The position numbers and the translations under genes were made by a program. A DNA stretch of 64,000 bases from Candidatus Micrarchaeia archaeon (GTDB lineage Archaea > Micrarchaeota > Micrarchaeia > CAILAH01). Positions 48,727 to 58,210 of this stretch are shown in pieces. Every line of letters begins with the position of its first letter. Within the stretch, counting starts at the first letter, position 1. Where the stretch lies: contig JAVZCB010000001.1 of NCBI GenBank assembly GCA_038874595.1, forward strand, positions 64,001-128,000. The letters are read 5' to 3'. Below the pieces are notes generated by a model. It saw nothing but the letters and a program-made list of their open reading frames with translations, was not told where the DNA came from and ran no database searches.

Positions 48727-51324
48727 CTAATAGCTATTCTCAAACTCCTTATAATGCTGGAAGAACCACTGCTTTACTATTTCTGTTGTGATGCAGTACA
48801 GGAACACGATCCCGAACACGATTGCAATATCAAGCGCGGATGGAACTGCAAAATTGAAATATTGGCCCACCGCGGGAAGTGAGACCACCGCAACCGCAGC
48901 GGCTGTGATAAACAGCGAAGATGTGATTAGCAGCCTGCTTGGTATGCTTGCAAAGAACGGCCCGCGCGTTCTCACTATGAATGTTATGAATATCTCGGAT
49001 AGCAGCGATTCAAGGAACCAGAGCGTTCGCAGCAGTGCCGCCCCTACGCCTAACACGTAATAGAATACTAATATGGTGAGCAGGTCAAACAGTGAGCTTA
49101 ACACACCGAAGAATACCATGAAATGCGAGATCATCTTGACATTCCATTTCTTAGGTGTCTTGATAGATTTCTCATCCACGTTATCTGTTGATATTGCGAG
49201 CATTGGGAAATCGCTGAGGAAGTTGTTCAATAATATCTGTACCGGAAGAAGCGGTATAAATGGAAGAAACAGCGGTGATATAATTACAGTGCCCATATTA
49301 CCGTAATTTGCGCTTATTGTGTTGAGTATATATTTTGTAATATTAGCGAACGTTTTCCTGCCCTCACGCACACCATCTGCGATTACCCTGAGGCTCTTAT
49401 GTGTCAGGACAACATCCGCTGCCTCTTTTGCAACGTCCTGTGCGGTATTTACTGAAATCCCCACATCAGCAAGCCGGAGAGCTGGTGCATCATTAATACC
49501 ATCACCCATAAACCCGACGATGTGGCCGTTTGCACGGACAGCTTCAAGGATTCTTACTTTTTGTGCAGGTGTAACACGCGCAAACACATTGTATTTCTCA
49601 ACAACCTCGTGTAATTTTTTATCATCTATATTATCAATCTCCTTGCCGGTGATTACGCGTTTTCCCTTAATCTCGAGCTTTACATCCTTACATAATCTCT
49701 TTGTAACATCCGGGTCATCACCGGTTAAAAGCATCAGTGATATGTCCAATTCCTTAAACTGCTTGATTGATTCAATAGCAGTTCTCTTAGGCTCGCTCTT
49801 AAAGAGCATAAACCCTTCCAACGTTAGCTCGCGCTCATCTGCAACAGAGTAATCATTCTTTTGTGGGACGGCTCGTGAAGCCACTGCGAGTACAGAGTAT
49901 CCTTCCTTTGCAAACCCCCGCACAATCTCATTTATCTTTTTCCTAACACTATCAATCTCAGTTTTCTTGCCGTTGATGTTGGCATAAGCACATACAGAGA
50001 GCACAGATTCTGCCTCACCTTTTGTTATAAGCACAATCTCCTGTCGTGATTTTCGCTTGCTTGTTTTCTGTGATATTTTAAACACTTCGCTCATCCGTTT
50101 CCTTTCATAATCGAACGCAATATCATCAATGTTTGCATACCCATCCGGCTTTTGGATATGATGAAGGTTCGCATATCTGATTATTGCAGTATCATATACA
50201 TTTCCAGAAATGTGTTTGCCGTGCGTATGCGCATGACTGCACAGCAACCCATATTTCAGGACACCCCAATCATCATTACCTAACGGTGCAACAGTTTTCT
50301 CAAGCATAAGTTCCGGCTCGGTAAGCGTACCGGTCTTATCCATTAGCAGCACGTCCATGAGCCCAACATCTTCGATTGTGGCGAGCTTTTTAACCACGAC
50401 TTTCTTCTCAGCCATCTTAAGTGCACCTGCAGACAACGTGATGGTAGTGATTGCAGGAAGCATCTCAGGTGCAATGCCAACAGCCACTGCAAGTGCAAAC
50501 AATAAAGATTCAAGGATACCCCTGCCAAGATATGAGTTTACAGCAAACACAAATATTGTCATTATTACAATGACCTGGAGTGTGAACGTACTGAACTTCC
50601 TGATATTAACCTGGAAATCAGATTCAGGTATCTTTGCTGAGTATAGTGTAGCGGTCCTGCCAAAATGCGTAGATTGACCCGTGGCAACCACTATACCTTT
50701 TGCAGTACCGTAAGTTACAGTGGTCCCCATAAGTGCATAATTCTTAAGCTCATATGCTGCCGGCCGTGCAAGCTTAATAGGCGCCGTACTTTTCTCAACC
50801 TCGCGCGACTCACCAGTTATTGCAGATTCATTCGTACGGAAATCTTCACATCTGACCAAACGCATATCCGCAGGCACAACGTTCCCGATCTCAAGCAGGA
50901 CCACATCACCGGGTACAAGGTCCTCCGCATTGATTTCTTCCTGCCGTCCATCACGTATTACAACAGCCTTATTTGAAAGATACCTCTTGAGCTGGCGTAG
51001 CGAGTTTTCTGAACGGTACTCTTGATAGAACCCGAGCAGTGCACTTAACAGCAGTATCGCTATAATCGTGAGCCCCTCTGTTGTATCCCCAATGTATAAA
51101 GCTATGACTGAGGCAAAAATTAGTATGAATATGAAAGCGTTATTAAACTGCGAAAGCAGTATCTCAAGCCATGAACGCCTGTCCCTCTCTGGGATTGAGT
51201 TCCTTCCGTAAACCATTCTCCTGCGTGCAACTTCATGTGCGCTTAGCCCTTTCTCAGGATCAACCTTAAGTGCAGCTGCAACTTGATAGCTTTCCAATCG
51301 CCAATATTCACTATTGTTATTCAC
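48727..51324 (-). CDS. mgtA: Mg2+-transporting P-type ATPase (P3B, MgtA-like)
   Basis: TGES, PEMLP, DKTGTLT, TGD, MGDGINDAPAL, SANYGNM, NNFLSD; GTG start inferred. Confidence 0.88.
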   Translation of the reverse strand: MNNNSEYWRLESYQVAAALKVDPEKGLSAHEVARRRMVYGRNSIPERDRRSWLEILLSQFNNAFIFILIFASVIALYIGDTTEGLTIIAILLLSALLGFYQEYRSENSLRQLKRYLSNKAVVIRDGRQEEINAEDLVPGDVVLLEIGNVVPADMRLVRCEDFRTNESAITGESREVEKSTAPIKLARPAAYELKNYALMGTTVTYGTAKGIVVATGQSTHFGRTATLYSAKIPESDFQVNIRKFSTFTLQVIVIMTIFVFAVNSYLGRGILESLLFALAVAVGIAPEMLPAITTITLSAGALKMAEKKVVVKKLATIEDVGLMDVLLMDKTGTLTEPELMLEKTVAPLGNDDWGVLKYGLLCSHAHTHGKHISGNVYDTAIIRYANLHHIQKPDGYANIDDIAFDYERKRMSEVFKISQKTSKRKSRQEIVLITKGEAESVLSVCAYANINGKKTEIDSVRKKINEIVRGFAKEGYSVLAVASRAVPQKNDYSVADERELTLEGFMLFKSEPKRTAIESIKQFKELDISLMLLTGDDPDVTKRLCKDVKLEIKGKRVITGKEIDNIDDKKLHEVVEKYNVFARVTPAQKVRILEAVRANGHIVGFMGDGINDAPALRLADVGISVNTAQDVAKEAADVVLTHKSLRVIADGVREGRKTFANITKYILNTISANYGNMGTVIISPLFLPFIPLLPVQILLNNFLSDFPMLAISTDNVDEKSIKTPKKWNVKMISHFMVFFGVLSSLFDLLTILVFYYVLGVGAALLRTLWFLESLLSEIFITFIVRTRGPFFASIPSRLLITSSLFITAAAVAVVSLPAVGQYFNFAVPSALDIAIVFGIVFLYCITTEIVKQWFFQHYKEFENSY

Positions 51325-51497
51325 AGGACCACATAAATACTTCTGCCAAATACTTAAAAAGGCATTATGTTGTACATGCACGCGCAGGATGAGGGTGCCT
51401 GGTAGCACGGTGGTAGCAGAATTTTAAATCCGGCAAGTGCGCAACTGGAAACCTTCATACAGAGCGCTTTTATAACTCAGGTTGTAGAATATCTACC

Positions 51498-52481
51498 ATG
51501 GATCAACTTGTTCCCATAAAGATATCCTCGCTCAGGCACGGCCAGCAGGTTTCAGGCATATTTGCAGTAAAGATACGCAAAGCGCTCGGTACGTATACGA
51601 AAGGCCACCGGCTTGACCTGATACTTACGGATTCAAGTGGAGGAAGTATCCAATTTACGCTATGGGGCGGCTCTGGCGAAGATGCGCGTGCGCAGCTGCA
51701 GGCGCTGCTTGACTCGATACCTGAGGATGCAGTACTGCACATAACCGGCAAGGTTGACGATTATAACGGTGAATTGTACATAGCTGCAAATTCTATTGAT
51801 TCAGTGCGCGTGCTTAATGAAGGTGAGTTTCCGGCCGATGCGTTCATCCCGCCAGCACGGCGTGACATAAATGAGATGCGCACCGAGCTTGAAACCGCAA
51901 TAAAATCAATCCGAAACACGCACATCACATCAGTGCTCTTGCACATATTCACTAATGAATTTAAGGAGAAATTCTTGGTGCATCCCGCTGCGGTACAACA
52001 TCATCATAACCGTACAGGCGGGCTTGCAGAGCATACCCTTGAGGTTGTGCATATATGTGAGGAGCTGTGTAGGATTTATCCATCTCTTGACCGTGATCTT
52101 CTCATTGCGGGTGCATTGCTCCATGATATAGGCAAGACTAAGGAGATCACTGTAAGCCGCCGGATAAAGGCAGATTCGCAGAGCCAGCTGGTTGGGCATC
52201 TCATGTATACGGCACTTATGCTTTCGCAGGCGTTTGATGCATGTAATACACCAGAGCCGTTACGCTCCAAGCTGCTGCACCTCTCATTAAGCCACCACGG
52301 GAAAAATGATTACGGCTCACCTAAAGAGCCGATGTTTCCTGAAGCGGCAGCATTGCATTACGCTGATGAGACCAGCGCAATCGTGGCGGAAATGCTTGAT
52401 TTTGTCAGTGAGTACCGGGATATCACACTTGATGACACAATGTACTCCCGCACGCTGAGGAGAAACATCTATCTCAGGTAG
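51498..52481 (+). CDS. OB-fold + HD-domain protein (YhaM/Cbf1-like 3'-5' exoribonuclease)
   Basis: PAA..HHH...GGLAEHT, LLHDIGK, SHHG, LHYAD. Confidence 0.88.
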   Translation: MDQLVPIKISSLRHGQQVSGIFAVKIRKALGTYTKGHRLDLILTDSSGGSIQFTLWGGSGEDARAQLQALLDSIPEDAVLHITGKVDDYNGELYIAANSIDSVRVLNEGEFPADAFIPPARRDINEMRTELETAIKSIRNTHITSVLLHIFTNEFKEKFLVHPAAVQHHHNRTGGLAEHTLEVVHICEELCRIYPSLDRDLLIAGALLHDIGKTKEITVSRRIKADSQSQLVGHLMYTALMLSQAFDACNTPEPLRSKLLHLSLSHHGKNDYGSPKEPMFPEAAALHYADETSAIVAEMLDFVSEYRDITLDDTMYSRTLRRNIYLR

Positions 52482-52535
52482 CCTCAGAGAAGCGTACATA
52501 TTATGCTTTTATATGTTGGCTGCCTACTATAAAAT

Positions 52536-52590
52536 GGCGATGAAGCTCGCCGGCACAAAAGCGAACCGCCAAAGTTGGCTGATAGCTTCT
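52536..52590 (+). promoter_or_regulatory. Fluoride (crcB) riboswitch aptamer
   Basis: GGCGATG-AAGCT-CGCC...AACCGCC-aaagtt-GGCTGAT-AGCTTCT: P1 GGCG/CGCC, P2 GCC/GGC, pseudoknot GAAGCT/AGCTTC; TATA-like ttttatat about 25 nt upstream. Confidence 0.85.
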
Positions 52591-52612
52591 GGTTTTACAC
52601 GAAGGTGGTTTT

Positions 52613-52765
52613 ATGGTGTACTTTTGCCCATATTGTAACATGAGTAACGGGCTAACCTCGGTTCTCACTGAGGATGCACAGTCAGGTGAGCTGGTATGCA
52701 AGTACGATTCACAGCACAGGTTCACAGTCGGGCGTGACGGGTTCCTAAAAGTGGTTAACAAGTAG
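52613..52765 (+). CDS. 50-aa Zn-finger microprotein
   Basis: MVYFCPYCNMSNGLTSVLTEDAQSGELVCKYDSQHRFTVGRDGFLKVVNK*; CPxC...C(x4)H; SD aggtgg; not in ORF track. Confidence 0.7.
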   Translation: MVYFCPYCNMSNGLTSVLTEDAQSGELVCKYDSQHRFTVGRDGFLKVVNK

Positions 52766-52818
52766 TTTGTGTATCCTGTCCAGCACAGTAAAATCAATAT
52801 ACAGTCTGGTGGTGCAGT

Positions 52819-54570
52819 TTGGTGATGGACGCTGGAAGATTTGAATCACTTGGTAGTGAGATTCTCAGCGTTATCGATACGCTTAAGCAGTATAGCGGGG
52901 CACCTGAGAAACGGCTTGGCCAGATTGCCGAAAACATCAGGTGTGGCTCGTTTACACTTGCAGTTGCTGGGCAATTCAAGCGTGGCAAGACGACACTCAT
53001 AAACGCGCTTTTAGGTATGGGCTTGTTGCCTACGGGAGTGGTGCCGCTTACATCGATAGTGACCTATGTCCGGTATTCCCCGGAAATTAAGGCGCGTGTG
53101 AAGTTGGCTGGTGGTGAGGAGAAAGCAATTGCTATCGATGAGATAAGCCAATATGTAACAGAGAAGCATAATCCCAAGAATATCAAAGGCGTTCAGGAAG
53201 TTGATGTTTGGGTGCCCTCAGCATTCCTTAGGAATGGTGTGGTGATTGTAGACACACCGGGTATTGGGTCAACGCACGCGCATAACACAGAGGTGACGCG
53301 CCGGTTTCTTCCTGAAGCAGATGCGGTTATATTTGTGCTTTCAGGAGACCCGCCAATAACCGAATCCGAGTGCAGGTTTCTTGAGGAGAGTGCAAAGTAT
53401 GCATCAAAATTCTTTTTTGTGCTGAACAAAATTGATTATTACGAGGAGCACGAGGTTGCAGAACTTGCAGAGTTTAATCGTGGCGTGCTTGCATCCAGGC
53501 TTGGTGTGAGGCAGGATGATGTGCGCTTGTACCCACTGTCAGCAAAACGCTCACTTGGCAGGAAGCTAGCTGGTTTAACTCATGAAAATGACGGACTTAC
53601 AGAGTTTGAGAATGCACTTGCGGAATATATTTCTTCAAACAAGGGCGTGCTCATACTGCAGTCTGCCATGTCAAAGTTGAGATATTTTACGGATGAGCTT
53701 ATAAACCAGCGCCAGATAGAAAGAAGCAGTCTTTCAGCATCAGCGGCACAGTTAGAGGAGCGTGTTAAAAAATTTGATGCTGAGCTGAAACGTATCCTGT
53801 CCAAGAAGGAATACATGGGTGATTTTGTCGCAGTTGAGCAAAAGAAGATAATGTCTATTATTGATGATGATATTAATGAACTGAAACGCGCTGTAACAGC
53901 ATCACTTGAGCAGCAGATAGTTGAGTTTGCTCAATCCCTCAAGACCACTGACAATTATAAGTATGCAGTTGAAGTTGAGGAATATTCCAACGACCATATC
54001 TTGGATGTGCTGGAGCCGTGGCGCACAAAAGAGGAGGAGAAGGTTGCCGGGATTTATGCTGAGAAGATGAATAAATATTCTGGAGAGATAAACGCAATAA
54101 TTGAGGAAGTTGAGAAGACTGCATCTGGCCTGTTTGATGTTAAGATAGAAAGCAGGAAAACAGAGGAGAAGTTTACGCTCGAAAGTGCGTTTTATTTCAA
54201 GCTTGGGAGGATTGAGGAGGGTACCGGGCTGTCAATGCTTGAGATGGTGCTTCCGCACCCATTATTCAGGAAAAAGCTTCTTGCCAACCTGCCTGATTAT
54301 ATACGTGAAGACCTTGACAGAAACTGTGGCAGGGTACGGTATGACTTTTATGAGCGCATACAAAAGAGCTCGCTTGTGTTTATTGAGATGCTTGATGATA
54401 AAGTGGATGCGGCAATTAATGGTATACGCAGTGCTAGTGAGAATGCACTCAAGCTGCGCGCGCAGGGAAACGAGAAGGTACGCGAGCGCATAGCCCAGCT
54501 TGATACAGAGTTAAGCCACCTGCGCAGGTTGCAGGACCGTCTTGCATCAATCAATCCGCACGTAGTGTGA
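52819..54570 (+). CDS. Bacterial-type dynamin-like GTPase
   Basis: G1 GQFKRGKTT, LPTGVVPLT, DTPG, NKID, followed by a long helical stalk. Confidence 0.88.
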   Translation: MVMDAGRFESLGSEILSVIDTLKQYSGAPEKRLGQIAENIRCGSFTLAVAGQFKRGKTTLINALLGMGLLPTGVVPLTSIVTYVRYSPEIKARVKLAGGEEKAIAIDEISQYVTEKHNPKNIKGVQEVDVWVPSAFLRNGVVIVDTPGIGSTHAHNTEVTRRFLPEADAVIFVLSGDPPITESECRFLEESAKYASKFFFVLNKIDYYEEHEVAELAEFNRGVLASRLGVRQDDVRLYPLSAKRSLGRKLAGLTHENDGLTEFENALAEYISSNKGVLILQSAMSKLRYFTDELINQRQIERSSLSASAAQLEERVKKFDAELKRILSKKEYMGDFVAVEQKKIMSIIDDDINELKRAVTASLEQQIVEFAQSLKTTDNYKYAVEVEEYSNDHILDVLEPWRTKEEEKVAGIYAEKMNKYSGEINAIIEEVEKTASGLFDVKIESRKTEEKFTLESAFYFKLGRIEEGTGLSMLEMVLPHPLFRKKLLANLPDYIREDLDRNCGRVRYDFYERIQKSSLVFIEMLDDKVDAAINGIRSASENALKLRAQGNEKVRERIAQLDTELSHLRRLQDRLASINPHVV

Positions 54571-54575
54571 TATGA

Positions 54576-54785
54576 ATGGGTGATGCTTTATTGCCATTAT
54601 TTCCAATCGCAATAATTTTTCTTGTCCTGCTTGGTGTAATGGTATTTTTGCGCACATATATCCATTTTCCAAGGATGGCGTGGCCAGAAAGAGTTATGCT
54701 CGCGTTCAGGAACGCTTTCTATATGGTACTCTTGATAATCATCCTGTGTATCATTTTTCTTATTTTGGTCCCTTACCTGGTTTAG
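54576..54785 (+). CDS. Small two-TM membrane protein
   Basis: Two hydrophobic helices; 5 nt after the dynamin stop. Confidence 0.6.
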   Translation: MGDALLPLFPIAIIFLVLLGVMVFLRTYIHFPRMAWPERVMLAFRNAFYMVLLIIILCIIFLILVPYLV

Positions 54786-55059
54786 GGCATTTCTTATTAT
54801 AACCTAGCGCTTCAAGTATAGCATATACGCGCTTGTTCCTTATTTCATAAAATACTCGCCGCCCCATTCTTTTAGATGATATAACACCAAGCCTCTCAAG
54901 CTTTTTGAGCTGTAATGAAACAGTAGGTTGGGCCTTTTTAACCTGTGGGAATATCTTACATACGCATAGTTTTCCGTTGAGTAGCAGCTCTACTATTCTG
55001 AACCGCGTATCATCGGCAAGTGCCTTAACGAGCTTGATAGCATCTTCTCTTGTGCGCAT
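54760..55059 (-). CDS. arsR: ArsR/SmtB transcriptional regulator
   Basis: KALADDTRFRI, LCVC, QPTVS..L..L. Confidence 0.9.
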   Translation of the reverse strand: MRTREDAIKLVKALADDTRFRIVELLLNGKLCVCKIFPQVKKAQPTVSLQLKKLERLGVISSKRMGRRVFYEIRNKRVYAILEALGYNKKCPKPGKGPK

Positions 55060-55119
55060 ATGACATATTTATGTTTGTAAATATATAAATGTTTGTGTGC
55101 AAATATATACTGTGATATT

Positions 55120-55362
55120 ATGAAAATTCAAGTGCTTGGTGGCGGATGCCCAAAGTGTAAGATGGTTGAGGAAAATGTGCACAAGGCACTCAGCCAGCTA
55201 GGTATCGAGGCTGACATAGTTAAGGTTAAGGATATAAACGAGATTGTTGGGTTTGGGGTGATGTCCACACCAGCTCTTGCGATCAACGGGAAGGTTAAGG
55301 TGGCAGGCAGGATACCTGATGTTAATGAGATTATGAAATGGATTAAAGAGGCAAACGAATAG
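55120..55362 (+). CDS. Small thioredoxin-family redox protein (MTH895-like)
   Basis: GGCPKC, GVMSTPALAING, GRIP. Confidence 0.9.
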   Translation: MKIQVLGGGCPKCKMVEENVHKALSQLGIEADIVKVKDINEIVGFGVMSTPALAINGKVKVAGRIPDVNEIMKWIKEANE

Positions 55363-55410
55363 CCTACCGGTTTCTGGTGGCCAACCTGGTTTGAGTATAA
55401 AGTGGTATTT

Positions 55411-56529
55411 ATGGAGAAAGAAGATTATGTACAGCTTGCAGTAATCGTTGGCGTGTTCCTTCTGTTTTACCTGCTTCCGCCAGATGCGGATTGGCTCAAC
55501 AAATCAGTTCAGAGCGGTTTGGTGTTGCTTAGTGAATACGCAAAACAGCACGTCCTTACCTGCCTTGTCCCAGCACTTTTTATTGCTGGTGCGATTTCCG
55601 TGTTCATAAAAAAAGATAAAATCCTGAAATATCTTGGTGCGGAAGCAAACCTGGCTTTCTCATATCTGATTGCATCTGTTACAGGCGCAATACTTGCAGT
55701 ATGCTCGTGCACAATATTACCATTGTTTGCCGGGATACGGAAGAGAGGCGCCGGGCTGGGCCCCGCAGTTACGTTCTTGTTTGCTGGTCCGGCAATCAAT
55801 ATTGCAGCCATCTTTCTCACATTTTCAGTGCTCGGGGTATGGATTGGCCTTGGGCGTGCGGTCGCATCAATAGTGCTTTCCATAATCATAGGGCTAACGA
55901 TGGCGGTTCTGTTTAAAGAGGAAACAGAGAAGGGGAAACTCTTTATTGAGGAGAACGAGGAGGCAAGGGTTTCTGATAAAGTGCTTTTGCTATTCTTTGG
56001 TTTTTTGGTAGGTATACTGGTTGTGAACGGATTACAAATGGAGCAACTCACAAAATATCTGATTATTGGCCTGTTCACGCTTGCAGTTGTAGTGCTGGTC
56101 TTACTTAAATTCAGGGATAATACTCGTGCCAAATGGCTTAGCGAAACATGGTCATTCTCAAAATCAATACTCCCGATGCTTTTTATAGGGGTATTTATTG
56201 CAGGGTTTATAATGCCTTTAATCCCAGAACAGCTGGTAGTGCAGCTTGTTGGCAAGAACTCCATTGAAGGCAACCTGGTCGCATCTGTGTTTGGTGCAGT
56301 GATGTATTTCTCAACACTTACAGAAATACCTATATTACAGGTGCTTATTGCAAAAGGTATGAATACCGGGCCGGCACTTGCACTACTGCTTGCAGGCCCT
56401 TCTTTGAGCTTGCCAAATATGTTAGTTATAAGGGGAATTCTTGGGACAAGAAAGGCCCTCGCATATATCGTGCTTGTTGTGGTATACTCTACAATTGCAG
56501 GGTATATGTTTGGTGCACTGATGGCTTAA
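55411..56529 (+). CDS. ArsP/DUF318 permease
   Basis: HVLTCLVPALFIAGAI, AVCSCTILPLF, MYFSTLTEIPI, GPALALLLAGPSLSLP. Confidence 0.88.
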   Translation: MEKEDYVQLAVIVGVFLLFYLLPPDADWLNKSVQSGLVLLSEYAKQHVLTCLVPALFIAGAISVFIKKDKILKYLGAEANLAFSYLIASVTGAILAVCSCTILPLFAGIRKRGAGLGPAVTFLFAGPAINIAAIFLTFSVLGVWIGLGRAVASIVLSIIIGLTMAVLFKEETEKGKLFIEENEEARVSDKVLLLFFGFLVGILVVNGLQMEQLTKYLIIGLFTLAVVVLVLLKFRDNTRAKWLSETWSFSKSILPMLFIGVFIAGFIMPLIPEQLVVQLVGKNSIEGNLVASVFGAVMYFSTLTEIPILQVLIAKGMNTGPALALLLAGPSLSLPNMLVIRGILGTRKALAYIVLVVVYSTIAGYMFGALMA

Positions 56530-56595
56530 TCGTAAAGCAGTTGGTATTTTTGTACCAACAGTGGGTATATACAAAAAATGAATCGCTTTTGTATT

Positions 56596-57438
56596 TTATA
56601 TGCCGCCAAGGATGTATGCAACTATGCCTAGCATCAGTGAATATAATGAAATCTTCCTACCAATCTCCTGTTTTTCCCTGCTACCGTAAGATAGATATGC
56701 TGCATAAAAAAGCCCAATAACAGAGCCGAGTGCCGGGATTACGTATGCATAGTTATTTTTTAATGGTGGAACTGCAAAGAAGAGGTAAAGCGCAATCGCA
56801 GATGCTATTATTATAAGAAATACCGATAGGTGCAATGACGCCTGCGTGCCGATGAGCACCGGCAATGTTTTTGAGTGCCTGGCTTTTATGTCACCTTCAA
56901 TATCCTGCACAGTTTTTTGTAGTTCTCTCCCGAGCCCAGATAGGAATGAAGTTGCACATATCATTAATGTGAGCTGTGAAACAGTACCCGCAAGTGCAAC
57001 CTCGGTGAAAATGAACACTATTGCCATTGATGATGCGATGATTACGTTTCCCACGAGTGCAGTATCCTTGAGCTTCCAGTCATATAACACCGAAAGTGCC
57101 GCAAAGGCCACGGCTATAGCAAACGCAGGGATGCCAAGGGGATAAGCGCACGCAATACCCACCAGCAAAAGCAGTATGGCTATCCTTAACGCATCCCCTT
57201 TGCTAATCTCATCCCTTACAATCGGCCTATCTTTCTTGTTTATTTTATCGCTTTCAGCATCAAAGTAATCATTGAGTGCAAACGCACCTGCTGAAATAAG
57301 AAACGGGCACAGGAAAAGCAATGCTAACTGGGCGGGTGTGGCGTTAAGATCCAGAAGAAGGATTGCTACAACCACACCGAGCATGAGCATTATTGAGTGC
57401 TCAATCCTTACCAGTTCAGTAATTGCTTTCAATCGCAT
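56596..57438 (-). CDS. UbiA-family prenyltransferase (DGGGP synthase-like)
   Basis: NDYFDAESDKINKKDRPI, RELQKTVQDIEGD. Confidence 0.88.
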   Translation of the reverse strand: MRLKAITELVRIEHSIMLMLGVVVAILLLDLNATPAQLALLFLCPFLISAGAFALNDYFDAESDKINKKDRPIVRDEISKGDALRIAILLLLVGIACAYPLGIPAFAIAVAFAALSVLYDWKLKDTALVGNVIIASSMAIVFIFTEVALAGTVSQLTLMICATSFLSGLGRELQKTVQDIEGDIKARHSKTLPVLIGTQASLHLSVFLIIIASAIALYLFFAVPPLKNNYAYVIPALGSVIGLFYAAYLSYGSREKQEIGRKISLYSLMLGIVAYILGGI

Positions 57439-57516
57439 ATATAGTAATACCTCATAACAAATAAGTGTATTAACATTTATATGCAGTTTATGATACTTTA
57501 CAGCTAAAGAGGCGTT

Positions 57517-57966
57517 ATGAAAGCAAATCTTTTTTGTTTATCCTACTCGTTAGTGGTTTGGTATGGAAGTGATTGCAAATCATGTAATATTGCGTGCTGC
57601 AGGAGTGCCGGCTGGGAAGTATCATATGAGAATGGATACTCAAAATGCTCCGGATATGGCACTGAGAGCCAGGATAAGTATTATTCCCGTGTAAGCTCAG
57701 ACTGTTATTACAAGGCATTAAATTGCATTTGGGCCTACACGTGTGCAACAAAGCATATACAATGCATAAGCAAGTGCGATGGGGAGATTGGCAGTGGAGT
57801 TGCAAGCTGTTATGATGCATTCGATAGTGATACCGACCAGTGTGTAGCATCATCAAGGTCCAATAGCAACACGCCTTCCGGCAGTGGCGGCTGCTGTGCT
57901 GGTTTTATAGGGCTGGTGATGATCCCATTGCGGTTCCTTACCGGAATGAAGCTTTCAAGAAGATAA
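57517..57966 (+). CDS. Cys-rich putative surface protein with CC + hydrophobic C-terminal tail
   Basis: Many Cys residues; ends GSGGCCAGFIGLVMIPL; 5' end may be frameshifted. Confidence 0.55.
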   Translation: MKANLFCLSYSLVVWYGSDCKSCNIACCRSAGWEVSYENGYSKCSGYGTESQDKYYSRVSSDCYYKALNCIWAYTCATKHIQCISKCDGEIGSGVASCYDAFDSDTDQCVASSRSNSNTPSGSGGCCAGFIGLVMIPLRFLTGMKLSRR

Positions 57967-58042
57967 CAAATGCCTTTTCCCTTTTTAATTATATTTATAA
58001 AATATCTCCAGTTCAAAATAATCCATTATCAGGTGATGTTTA

Positions 58043-58210
58043 ATGGCAAAGTTTCCGGAAGCTGAAGCTGCACTCTCAAGTGTAAAAGTATGCAAAAAAT
58101 GTAAAGCGCGCAACCCCAAGTCTGCAATCAAGTGCAGGAAATGCGGGTATAAGGCGCTCAGGCCAAAGAAGAAAGGTAAGGCCGCAAAAGGCGGTGGTGC
58201 AGCAAAGTAA
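58043..58210 (+). CDS. rpl40e: 50S ribosomal protein L40e
   Basis: [44 protein letters not shown]; SD aggtga; missed by ORF track (55 aa). Confidence 0.95.
   Translation: MAKFPEAEAALSSVKVCKKCKARNPKSAIKCRKCGYKALRPKKKGKAAKGGGAAK

Noticed and set aside
52501-52797. 98-aa minus-strand ORF
   Set aside because: It is antisense to the riboswitch and to the Zn-finger ORF, which have better support.
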